Shown piece by piece: positions 43,674-52,632 of a DNA stretch of 64,000 bases. How positions within the stretch are numbered: position 1 is the first letter of the stretch; each line of letters begins with the position of its first letter. The stretch lies in contig CAWDPO010000002.1 in assembly GCA_963804165.1 (NCBI GenBank), positions 213,426 to 277,425 on the forward strand, written 5' to 3'. The translations under genes were made by a program, and so were the position numbers. The notes beneath the pieces are model-generated. The model worked only from the letters and a program-made list of their open reading frames with translations. It was not told the origin of the DNA and did no database searches. This DNA is from an uncultured delta proteobacterium. GTDB taxonomy: Bacteria; Desulfobacterota; Binatia; UBA9968.

Positions 43674-44036
43674 CTATCTTCGTTTGTTTTTCTTGCGCTG
43701 GGCGCCGTACGACGCGGCGGATTCGGCGACATGCATCCCACTCTTTCTTTCTGCCGGCTCGAACACAACGCGTACCCGGGCGCGCAGGACGCTGGCGACC
43801 CGGCGAAGCGTACTCAACGAGTGACCTTCATAACCGGGGGATTCAAGACGGCTAATCTGCTGTTGCGAAGTTTTGAGCAACTTGGCGAGGTCCTTTTGGG
43901 ATAGCCCGGCCTTTTCGCGCAGTGCCGCAATCTGCAGCGCAACATCCCACGCCTCGCCAGCGCTCTTAAAGCGGGCGGCAAACTCCGGATCCTGGAGTTG
44001 CTTATCGAGATAGCGGTCGAAGTTGGTTCTTGTCAT
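43674..44036 (-). CDS. XRE/HTH antitoxin (HigA-like)
   Basis: LREKAGLSQKDLA..SQQQISRLE. Confidence 0.88.
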   Translation of the reverse strand: MTRTNFDRYLDKQLQDPEFAARFKSAGEAWDVALQIAALREKAGLSQKDLAKLLKTSQQQISRLESPGYEGHSLSTLRRVASVLRARVRVVFEPAERKSGMHVAESAASYGAQRKKNKRR

Positions 44037-44386
44037 GGCTCTGCTCTTTTTCTCCAGTCACGCATCCGTTCCCGTGCAGTATCGAGGTCACGAGCGGGGA
44101 TCGACTGCCCTTTGTTACGAATCCCGTGGAGCGCCACGATCCGACGGTTCTTCATAAAAAACCAGATAACGCGGGTGTTGAGCTTGCCGACATGACGCAG
44201 CTCAAAAAGACCATCTCCAAGCGTTTTGGACAGCGGCTCACGGTGATACTGGCGATTACGAAGTTTGGCCAAGCCCGCAACCACGGCAGCGAAGTCATCT
44301 GGATTAGTGGCTTTCAACTCGTCCAGGAACTCCCGCACCGGGCAGCTACCCGCCACCGTCTCATAGAACTCTACTATGAAATCCAT
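44033..44386 (-). CDS. RelE/ParE (HigB/Gp49-like) toxin
   Basis: VEFYET..G.CPVREFL, LFELR, RVIWF, IVALHG. Confidence 0.88.
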   Translation of the reverse strand: MDFIVEFYETVAGSCPVREFLDELKATNPDDFAAVVAGLAKLRNRQYHREPLSKTLGDGLFELRHVGKLNTRVIWFFMKNRRIVALHGIRNKGQSIPARDLDTARERMRDWRKRAEP

Positions 44387-45023
44387 TGGTTGGCAACATC
44401 AATATTGATGTATCACGCAGAACCACCCATTTATCATTTTGTACGCGTCTTGGCTCGTGCTCGTGACTCTACAAAGGATAAAGGCAAAGAGCAAAAGTAT
44501 CCAAAGGCAAAAGGCGGAAGGATAATCAAACAGGGCGTGAGCCGCGAGGCAACCTAAATAGCAATAGGCAACAGTCGGGAGCAGACAGAACCGAAAAGCC
44601 GTGGTTGTGCTCGTATTCGTGGATCGTGCTCCTTCAGGAGAACTACCGTGATCGTGCTCATCGTTAACCGATCAAAGCTGGTTCAAAGGTTCAAGGTTCA
44701 AAAGTTCAAGGTCAGATTCGGAAAGGGGAAACTTGCACGTTTTGACAATTCTCAAAACGTCAAAATACAAATTCGCCCGAGCTTGGCGATGATCCCACTT
44801 AGGATGTTTGCCTCTCGAGTCTCGCCGCGTAAAACCCCACTGAGAGAAACTTTTGGCGCTAATATATAAAAGGTTAAGCAGGCTCGAAACGGATTACAGT
44901 CTAATATTGGACAATTTTGAAAAGATTGGCCGGCTCGCGCAGGTGTTCGGGAAAAGCCGTGCTCGTGATCGTGGGGGGAAACTGTCGTGGACAGGGTAAC
45001 CGATATCTAGCGTGCTCTTGAAC

Positions 45024-45452
45024 CTACCGAGTAGGAAGTATCACAAAACGACCGATTCGTGAGGGGCGGTAGACTTGAAAGTCGCGACGGTCGAGGGTAA
45101 AAATCCGCCGCAACCGCTCGCGCTCTGCGACGCGCACTAGCGCGGCGTCAGCGAGGTCCATCGGCAGATCGCGATACTTGCGCATCAATTCCTTCATTCG
45201 CGGAACGTCATCGATGTTTAACAGCAGGATTTCCACCGCTCCCATTTCTATCATTGCCCACAGCGCCTCCTGGGCTTGCCAATAGGCTCTCAACATATAC
45301 ATGGCCTCGGTTATAACCGGCCACACGCTTACCATCGAATCGTTCAGCGAGCTGAGAGTCTCCTGGCAGGCAACGTGATCCGGATCACTGCGATCCAGCA
45401 AGGCCACCAGCGGCCCCGTATCAACGAGAACGGCGGGCATTGGCCTTTTCAC
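45024..45452 (-). CDS. vapC: VapC PIN toxin
   Basis: VLVDTGPLVA, VITEA, MDLADAALV, IFTLDRRDF. Confidence 0.9.
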   Translation of the reverse strand: MKRPMPAVLVDTGPLVALLDRSDPDHVACQETLSSLNDSMVSVWPVITEAMYMLRAYWQAQEALWAMIEMGAVEILLLNIDDVPRMKELMRKYRDLPMDLADAALVRVAERERLRRIFTLDRRDFQVYRPSRIGRFVILPTR

Positions 45453-45693
45453 GTAAAAGCTTAGAGAACTTTTCGCCGGTGTTTCGCGATAGGTTTGCGC
45501 CGCCGCTGTCGACGCAACCGATCAGATGGGCGACCAGATCATAGGGACGCTTCTTTCCCGCGTCTTTCTCTTCCTGCTTGGCAAGCACGCCGATCGCGTC
45601 CCGTATGACTTCAGACTTGCTCTGCCGTCGCCTTCGCGCTAACCGGCCAATCAGCGATTCCGTTTTTGCATCCAATCGAACACTTAAGGTCAT
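45421..45693 (-). CDS. RHH/CopG antitoxin
   Basis: LSVRLD..SKSEVIRDAI..LIGCVDSG..LS. Confidence 0.85.
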   Translation of the reverse strand: MTLSVRLDAKTESLIGRLARRRRQSKSEVIRDAIGVLAKQEEKDAGKKRPYDLVAHLIGCVDSGGANLSRNTGEKFSKLLREKANARRSR

Positions 45694-45859
45694 GCAAGCG
45701 ATCCTTCCTGTAATACGTCAGTGTACTACAAATAGATTCGACGAATCAACTAGGAAAGAGTTCAGGGAAAGGAGAAAGGCAAAAGGATACCATTGGTACG
45801 GCGGCCCCGTTCAAATCGTTCAAGCCGTTCAATCCCCGGGATCAAGTCCGGGGTCAAAA

Positions 45860-46006
45860 CTAGGAAAGGGAACTTGCACGTCTGACTGATGTGCCGAAAC
45901 GCAGCAGCTGTCCTCCCATGATCTGCGCCTCCGTTCTCTTCGGCAATTCTGCGAAAAGGCGGGTCACCGAAAGTGCGTAGGCCTTCGTCCGGATTTTGAG
46001 ATTCAT
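45860..46006 (-). pseudogene. Four-helix-bundle protein (23S rRNA IVP-like/TIGR02436), truncated
   Basis: Hand translation MNLKIRTKAYALSVTRLFAELPKRTEAQIMGGQLLRFGTSV, then runs into the palindrome half-site; flanked by inverted AAAGGAT heptamer tracts. Confidence 0.8.
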
Positions 46007-46339
46007 TCATCTCGCTCCGAGCTGTCCCTGATCTCTTCTCCTTTCTCCTTTAGATGGTTCGCCATCGCCGTCGGGCCTTAGCCTTTATCCTTCAGCCTTT
46101 ATCCTTTCAAGTTCGCCCTGGTTGTGCTCGTGGACGTGATTCGTGCCCTGTCCGCATAAACCCGTGGCGGCGTTCAAATCACGAAAATTAGCACCGAGGG
46201 GAACTTGCACGTTTTGACAATTCTCAAAACGTCAAAATGAGTATCAGTCCACCTTCGACGAGGCGTCTACGACCCTTTATGACTCACTCTGTCATCGCTC
46301 GGGATTTAGAAAAGATTGTTTACATCGTCGGGGCCAGTC

Positions 46340-48493
46340 TCAGGTAGTTCTCAGTTCTTCGATTCGAATCGGCAATTTTCGGATGCGCTTGCCGGTGCCG
46401 GTAAAGATAGCGTTGCATACCGCCGGCGCGAGCGGCGGCACACCGGGCTCTCCCACGCCGCCGGCCGGAGCGTTGCTGGGAACGATGTGAACGTCGATGG
46501 CTGGCATCTCGTTGATTCGCAGCATCGGATAGTCGTGGAAGTTGCTTTGCTGCACTCGCCCCTTGTCGATCGTAATGGCGCCGTAGAGCGCTGCCGTCAG
46601 ACCCCAGACGATGCTCCCTTCCACCTGAGCTTTGACCGTGTCGGGATTGACGACGGTGCCGCAGTCGATGGCGCAGACCACGCGATGAACCCGCACTTTG
46701 CCGTCTTTTTCGATCGAGATTTCGGCGACCTCGGCGGCGTAGCTGCCGTAGGAAAAAGCGACGGCAATCCCTCGGAGGCGTCCTTGCGGCAGCGGCTTTC
46801 CCCAATCGCCTTTCTCCGCGGCCAGCTCCAACACACCTTTGTGGCGCGCGGCCTTGGTGAGCAAGTCGCGCCGGAACTCGAAAGGGTCCTTTCCGGCGGC
46901 GGCCGCCAACTCGTCGATGAAAGACTCAGTGATGAAAGCGTTTTGGGACGCCCCGACCGAGCGCCAGAATCCGACAGGAATGCCGAGGTCTTTGTAAGTG
47001 TATTCAACTTGTAGATTGGGAATCGCATAAGGAAGATTGGCCGCGCCTTCGGTCATCAAAGAGTCGATGCCGTCTTTCAGCGGCCGGCCGTGTTGTACGC
47101 CGATGGAGGGAGCGACGATTCGGTGCAGCCAGGCTACGGGCGTTCCGCGCTCATCGAGGGCGGCGCGAAAAACGTTGTAGGTTGCAGGCCGATAGTGACC
47201 GTGCCTCGTATCATCTTCTCTCGACCAAATGACCTTGACGGGAGCGTTGACCGCCTTCGACGTTTCGACGGCATCAGCAACAAAATCCTGTTCGCCGCGC
47301 CGTCCGAAGCCGCCTCCCAACAGCATGGTGTTGACCTTGACCGCCTCCCGCGGAAATCCGGAGATGCGCATGGCGGTTCTCTGCGTGCCGGTCTGGTTTT
47401 GTGTTCCTACCCATACTTCACAGTTATTCTTCCTGACGTGGGCGGTGCAGTTCATCGGCTCCATCGTTGCGTGCGCGAGAAAAGGCACCTCGTAAATCGC
47501 ATCCATGGTTTTGGCAGCGCCGGCGAGCGTGGTTACCGCATCGCCTTCCTTGCGCGCCGCCGGTCCGGATTGCTTTGCGGCATCCGCATAAATGCGGCTG
47601 ATCTCAGCGCTGCTCAGTTGGGCGTTCGGTCCTTCGTCCCAGGTGATCTTGAGCGCCTCTCGGCCTTTCTTGGCGGCCCAATAACTGCTGGCCACCACCG
47701 CAACTCCGGAGCCGATTTGCACGACGTGGCGCACGCCTTTGACCGATTTGGCCTTGGTGGCGTCGAAGCTCGCCACCTTTCCGCCGAACACGGGGCAGCG
47801 CTGCACGGTCGCGATCAACATCCCCGGAACTTTTACGTCAATACCGTAAACGCCCCGGCCAGTGACTTTGTCCGGCGTATCCAGACGCGCAACCGCCTTG
47901 CCGATAAGACGAAATTGGTCGGGCGATTTGAGCTTGGGTTCTTTCGGCACCGGCAGCTGCGCGGCTTTGTCCGCAAGCTCACCGTAAGTGAGCTTTCTGC
48001 CGGATGGGCGATGGATGACCGTGTTTTGCTCCGCGAAGCATTCATCCGGGGAGACGCCCCATTCTTTTGCCGCTGCAGCAACCAACATCTCTCTGGCTGC
48101 CGCGCCCGCCCGGCGCCAAAGGGTTAGCATGTTGCGAATGCTCCGGCTGCCGTTGGTGGATTGCTCCCCGCCCCGTGCGGGGTCGCCGTAGTCCGGATGG
48201 GCCGGAGCCTGCTCGATGCGAACGTTCGACCACTGGGCTTCCAATTCATCAGCAATGATCATGGGAATCGACGTCATGACCCCCTGTCCCATCTCCGACT
48301 GGCCGACGATGATGGTCACGGTGCCGTCTCTGGCAATGCGGATCCAGGAATTGAGGGTGGCTTGCTCTGATGAGAGTGTTGCGGCTGCGGCCCACCGCCT
48401 GGAGGCCGGAACATGAAACCCAAGCAACAATCCGCCCGCAGCGATGCCTGCTTTGAGAAAACCACGCCGGCTCAGATTGACGATCGCGCTCAT
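46340..48493 (-). CDS. iorB: Isoquinoline 1-oxidoreductase beta-like Mo subunit (Tat signal)
   Basis: [44 protein letters not shown]. Confidence 0.9.
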   Translation of the reverse strand: MSAIVNLSRRGFLKAGIAAGGLLLGFHVPASRRWAAAATLSSEQATLNSWIRIARDGTVTIIVGQSEMGQGVMTSIPMIIADELEAQWSNVRIEQAPAHPDYGDPARGGEQSTNGSRSIRNMLTLWRRAGAAAREMLVAAAAKEWGVSPDECFAEQNTVIHRPSGRKLTYGELADKAAQLPVPKEPKLKSPDQFRLIGKAVARLDTPDKVTGRGVYGIDVKVPGMLIATVQRCPVFGGKVASFDATKAKSVKGVRHVVQIGSGVAVVASSYWAAKKGREALKITWDEGPNAQLSSAEISRIYADAAKQSGPAARKEGDAVTTLAGAAKTMDAIYEVPFLAHATMEPMNCTAHVRKNNCEVWVGTQNQTGTQRTAMRISGFPREAVKVNTMLLGGGFGRRGEQDFVADAVETSKAVNAPVKVIWSREDDTRHGHYRPATYNVFRAALDERGTPVAWLHRIVAPSIGVQHGRPLKDGIDSLMTEGAANLPYAIPNLQVEYTYKDLGIPVGFWRSVGASQNAFITESFIDELAAAAGKDPFEFRRDLLTKAARHKGVLELAAEKGDWGKPLPQGRLRGIAVAFSYGSYAAEVAEISIEKDGKVRVHRVVCAIDCGTVVNPDTVKAQVEGSIVWGLTAALYGAITIDKGRVQQSNFHDYPMLRINEMPAIDVHIVPSNAPAGGVGEPGVPPLAPAVCNAIFTGTGKRIRKLPIRIEELRTT

Positions 48494-48960
48494 TTCGCAC
48501 CTCCCTGGGCCAGGGTGCCCGCGACGCGGTGAATCGCACGGCGAATCCGCTGATACGTTCCACAGCGGCAGATGTTACCCGACAGCGCCGCGTCGATATC
48601 CGCGTCGCTGGGCTTGGGCTTTGCCGCCAGCAGGGCCGCGGCCGACATGATCTGGCCGGATTGGCAGTAGCCGCACTGGGGAACCTCCTCGGCGATCCAG
48701 GCTTTCTGAATCGGGTGGCTGCCGTCCGCTGAAAGCCCTTCGATCGTAGTGATCTTCTTTTCCTTGACGGATGCGATCGGCGTGATGCAAGAACGAATCG
48801 GTTGACCATCGACATGGATGGTGCAAGCGCCGCACTGCGCGATGCCGCAACCGAACTTGGTGCCAGTTAAGCCGAGGTTTTCACGGAGCACCCAGAGCAG
48901 AGGAGTGTCGGAATCGACGTCTACTTGGTACTTCTTGCCGTTCACGATGATTGGGATCAT
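48490..48960 (-). CDS. iorA: Isoquinoline 1-oxidoreductase alpha-like (2Fe-2S) subunit
   Basis: [41 protein letters not shown]. Confidence 0.92.
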   Translation of the reverse strand: MIPIIVNGKKYQVDVDSDTPLLWVLRENLGLTGTKFGCGIAQCGACTIHVDGQPIRSCITPIASVKEKKITTIEGLSADGSHPIQKAWIAEEVPQCGYCQSGQIMSAAALLAAKPKPSDADIDAALSGNICRCGTYQRIRRAIHRVAGTLAQGGAK

Positions 48961-49580
48961 GTATCCCTCCTCATTTTATTAAGTGAACGCGATGGGGAGC
49001 GTAGCTGAACTCTTCATATCACAGGTCTAACTTGAGGTCGATACGGTGGCCGCATCAGTTGAGCAGCGGAACTCGCCGATGTGTTGAAGCCGTGTTCGGA
49101 GAAGGGACGTGATCGTGGATCGTGCTCGAGAGAACCGTCGTGGGCGAGTTTCAAAGGATAAGGGCGAAAGGACTCTGAAAAGGATGAAGGCAAAGGGATA
49201 AAGGATAAGGGCCGTGAGCGTGTATCGACACCAGTTGCGTGTTCGTGATTTACGCGCTCCCGAAGACCGAGACCGTTCAAATGGTTCGACCGTTCGAGAA
49301 GCCTCACGGCAGGCTGCCTCGACGGCCTTCAGTTCCGAGCCCGTCGAGGAATCACCACGATGGGCTCGATCGTCCGCTCGTTCCTTCGATAAGACTCAGC
49401 ACGGGCTCTGAGCTGGTGAAAGGATGCGCTCCGTTCCCCGCGTTGCGGCGGTTCAAGCGTTCAAAGTTCAAAGACAGACTCGGGTGGGGAACTTCCATGT
49501 TTCGGGAATTCTCGAAACGTCGAAATGTTGAGCCAGGCAACAGCCGTGACAGCTCATACCGGCCGATTTGCTATGCCGTC

Positions 49581-49787
49581 CTAGGCCCGGCTTTCCGCTT
49601 GCAGCTTCAGAGCGTCATCTATCTGGATGTGACCGTCACGTATGGCTTGGCAAGCTCGCAACGCATGGAGCTCGGCCATCATCTGGTCGTTTGGAAATTC
49701 TTTTCCGATAAGCTCAACGAGTTTCCGTAACTTTTGGTCAGGTATCTTTGCGTCGCGAGCAACCGGCTGATAGTCAAAATACCTCAT
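49581..49787 (-). CDS. Small hypothetical protein
   Basis: AGGAG RBS, 68 aa, no recognised motif. Confidence 0.6.
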   Translation of the reverse strand: MRYFDYQPVARDAKIPDQKLRKLVELIGKEFPNDQMMAELHALRACQAIRDGHIQIDDALKLQAESRA

Positions 49788-49857
49788 GGCACTTCTCTCC
49801 TTTAAATTTCCGGTGGAGCGATGATTTCGATGGTCGGGAGTCTGTGAGAGCGTTCGC

Positions 49858-50202
49858 TCAGGGCTTTGATTCCAGCGCGCGCAACATGACTTGGACCTTA
49901 CCCTTTAAATCCGGCAAATCGCGTTGAACCGCATCCCAAACAATATCGATGTCGATCACGAAATAGTCGTGAACAAGAATATGGCGCATGCCTATGATCT
50001 CAGTCCATGGAATGTCCGGCCGTTGATCGCGTAATTTTTGGGGAAGCGCGTAGGCCGCTTCACCGATAATCTGAAGATGACGCACGAACCAATTCTGGAT
50101 AAGTTCATCGCTCTCAAACGCCGGTCTGCCACGCGCGGCATAGCGTTCGATACTCGCTATGGCCTCCAGAATATCGCGGAGGCGTTCCTTGGGGTCCCTC
50201 AT
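49858..50202 (-). CDS. HepT-like ribonuclease (DUF86, HEPN)
   Basis: [21 protein letters not shown] (Rx4H). Confidence 0.9.
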   Translation of the reverse strand: MRDPKERLRDILEAIASIERYAARGRPAFESDELIQNWFVRHLQIIGEAAYALPQKLRDQRPDIPWTEIIGMRHILVHDYFVIDIDIVWDAVQRDLPDLKGKVQVMLRALESKP

Positions 50203-50486
50203 AAAAACTCGGCCTCTTTTAGGACACGATCGCGAATCCGCGGCTTAAGGCCTTGCTCGGTCACGACGTCCACCTCTAGCCCGAGCAAATCACGCAAATC
50301 CATCAGCAAGCCCCCCATGTCGAACAGTGTGCGGCCCGGCTCCATATCAACGAGAAAGTCTACGTCGCTGTCCAGTCTAGCTTCGCCACGGGCCACTGAC
50401 CCAAAAATCCGAATGTTGCGCGCCCCGTGCTTAGCAGCGATTTTAAGGATGTCGTTCTTCTTTGCTATGACTCCAGCCGTATCCAT
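50199..50486 (-). CDS. MntA-like minimal nucleotidyltransferase antitoxin
   Basis: IFGSVARGE...SDVDFLV..VDVV. Confidence 0.9.
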   Translation of the reverse strand: MDTAGVIAKKNDILKIAAKHGARNIRIFGSVARGEARLDSDVDFLVDMEPGRTLFDMGGLLMDLRDLLGLEVDVVTEQGLKPRIRDRVLKEAEFL

Positions 50487-50550
50487 AGCCTTGCCCTTTT
50501 CCATATATTCTATTTTATCCCCTCGGCCCGTTAGATCGCCACTCTAAGAA

Positions 50551-50931
50551 TTACGCGCCCTTATGTTGCCTTCTGTTCTTGATTTGTGTGTTCTCTTTAA
50601 AGACACGCACCGCGTCGCGCTCGACGGCTTTACGGAAGCTCGAACCGCTTCGCCTCCGGCTTTCCCACTCGTCTTGGGTGTAAGCGAGAATAGAAGGTAG
50701 CACTTCGGTCTTTGCAGCCAATAAGTAACCGATGCGCCGCAGCTCTCTCTTAAGGGCTTTTGCGTCGTTCTTGACGATAAGGATAATATCCACATCGCTT
50801 TCGGCGTGCGCTTGTCCGCGTGCTTTCGAGCCGTAGATGAGCATTTCTTGAACCGTGCCTGGATGCTTCTTGTTCAGAGCTTCCCGGTACACATCAAGCC
50901 ACGCCTGCTCTTCCGACCTAAGTTGAAGCAT
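50551..50931 (-). CDS. Nucleotidyltransferase domain protein (second MNT)
   Basis: IYGSKARG...SDVDI. Confidence 0.85.
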   Translation of the reverse strand: MLQLRSEEQAWLDVYREALNKKHPGTVQEMLIYGSKARGQAHAESDVDIILIVKNDAKALKRELRRIGYLLAAKTEVLPSILAYTQDEWESRRRSGSSFRKAVERDAVRVFKENTQIKNRRQHKGA

Positions 50932-51116
50932 CGATTATCTCGCCTCCGATCGCGCGCCGCTTCCGTTCGTCGTCTGTGACAGTTTCGTTTGATCGCCGTT
51001 CGTTGGAATCAACTCGTCTGTCCTTTCGGCGGTGATCCCTTGGGAAGGTTAACTTTTTAACGGTGATTTCCGGCGTAGCCCCGCGCGGAGATCTGGCTAT
51101 AGCGCCATTCCTGGTT

Positions 51117-51167
51117 GGCCAAAATTTTTTGTAGTCTATTAGATTTGGCGGGTTTCGGGCAAGAGCG
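51117..51167 (-). promoter_or_regulatory. 51-bp direct repeat copy B; promoter-like TTGCCC-N18-TAGACT at the head of the cassette array
   Basis: 45/51 identical to 39324..39374. Confidence 0.55.
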
Positions 51168-51459
51168 TTCTTAAACTATAAATTAGAAAGGATAAAGGAT
51201 CATCATCCCTCGATCGCCAAGGTCACTCACGATTGTTCTACTGCGCTGACAAATTTCCTGGCCAGTTGACGGACAGTTTTGAAAAAACTCTTGCCCTAAC
51301 GACATTGGAATAGACCACTCGATTAGCAATCGAGTGATCTCGCTGCTACGTGGAAGGACAGAACGTCGCCATCGAGTACCGCGATAGGCGCTCGAACCGC
51401 CCGGTAGCGAGTGTACATCACCGCAGCGAGGTTCGGCCTGACTCAGGTAGTGCAGAACT

Positions 51460-51690
51460 TCACTTCTGCGGTTTCTTTGCGTTCTTCGTCAGCCAATCTT
51501 CAATCATTTTTTCCTTAAATCGCCATTGGTTACCAACTTTAAATGCTGGAAGCCGCTTTTGAGCCAGCAACCGATAGACCGTGAATTTGTTCACGTTGAG
51601 GTATTTGGCGACTTCGTGAAGCGTCAACAAACGTTCAGAAGAATGACTATTTTTTTCCTTTACCACCCAGACCTCGACAGTGAGTGGCAA
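51460..51690 (-). CDS. Excisionase-like HTH_17 DNA-binding protein
   Basis: LLTLHEVAKYLNV...TVYRL....LPAFKVGNQWRF. Confidence 0.85.
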   Translation of the reverse strand: MPLTVEVWVVKEKNSHSSERLLTLHEVAKYLNVNKFTVYRLLAQKRLPAFKVGNQWRFKEKMIEDWLTKNAKKPQK

Positions 51691-52178
51691 GCGAAAGCAA
51701 TTTAGATGCCTAATGAGAAGAATTACAAAAAATGTGGTAAATCAGACGAAACGGCTAGAAACCAGGATGCAGACTAGTCAGATTTGGCAATCGTGACAAT
51801 GACATGAGAATTGTGACGCGCTCTGCTGGGCGTCTAGAATCGTTTAAGTGTAGTCTTCGTCGAAAATTCCCATGTGATCGATTTATCCTGAGCGAGCAAA
51901 CGTCGTTCTTGATGCCCATCTCGATGATTGTCTTCACTTCGGCTGGAGAGTTTTTTGCGCAAAATATCGGGCAGTCTGTGAGAAGCTCGAAGTCTTAACG
52001 CGGCCAGGCTTATCCAATGTTACAGGTGTAGAGTTTACGCCGAGAGATACGACGGCTTGCCGGTACGAGATTGCCAAAGACGGAAGAGTTATACGCGGGC
52101 ACCGAAACAGCACGCGCCGCAGAGATTTACACTCGCCGGTGAGCATCGTGTCTGACCCTTTAGAGCTCGCGCGAGCAG

Positions 52179-52266
52179 TCACTTAATCACCCTGTCCGCA
52201 CGCGCCAGCACGTTCGGCGGAATGGTTAAGCCGATTTGCTTTGCGGTTTTAAGATTGATGATCAAA
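52179..52266 (-). pseudogene. C-terminal fragment of an ABC_sub_bind family protein (shorter copy at 55320..55360)
   Basis: IINLKTAKQIGLTIPPNVLARADRVIK*. Confidence 0.75.
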
Positions 52267-52632
52267 GACACCGACAACTTTTTGTTCTCGATAAGCGATT
52301 GCGGTCATCCTCGTCGTCGGTTCTGCAATCGGGTGCTGGTGAGGTGGTTACAGCTGCAATTGAGTCGAATCTCCTTCAGTCGAATACTAGAGAAACTTTG
52401 TTTGTGTCCGCCTTTTGTCCGTGTACCAGAAATAACAAGCCCCAAGAACTACCCAATAAGAGCGGCGCTCGGGGCTTGGTTTTGTTCACCTTTGACGGCC
52501 AGTTCAGAATCTAGTCACGATCGATTTTTGAATGGCATTCAAGAGCTCAAAACCGCTGTCCGCGTAAGTAGGTCGAACAGACCAGTTGATTACTAGTCAG
52601 CGAGGCCATTTCGAATCGAATGTTCTTCAGTC

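Larger units (their letters stand above)
39481..49527 (+). repeat. Dispersed co-oriented ~42-bp palindromic site GGGGAACTT(C/G)CACGTTT(C/T)GA(G/C)AATTCTC(G/A)AAACGTC(G/A)AAAT(G/A)
   Basis: Copies at ~39481, 39741, 40686, 40968, 41904, 42291, 43508, 44725, 46198, 49486; half-site at 45868. Confidence 0.93.

Noticed and set aside
40392-44869. Small ORFs such as 40564..40803, 44648..44869, 43077..43367 (VQRFKVQKF / LNGLN peptides)
   Set aside because: Translations of simple-repeat tracts.
39481-49527. CRISPR array
   Set aside because: Inter-repeat segments are ~0.2-3.2 kb, contain genes and vary widely; no cas genes.
39481-49527. Classical integron/attC (CALIN)
   Set aside because: No RYYYAAC/GTTRRRY box pair in the repeat, the repeat is shorter than typical attC, and there is no intI in the window.
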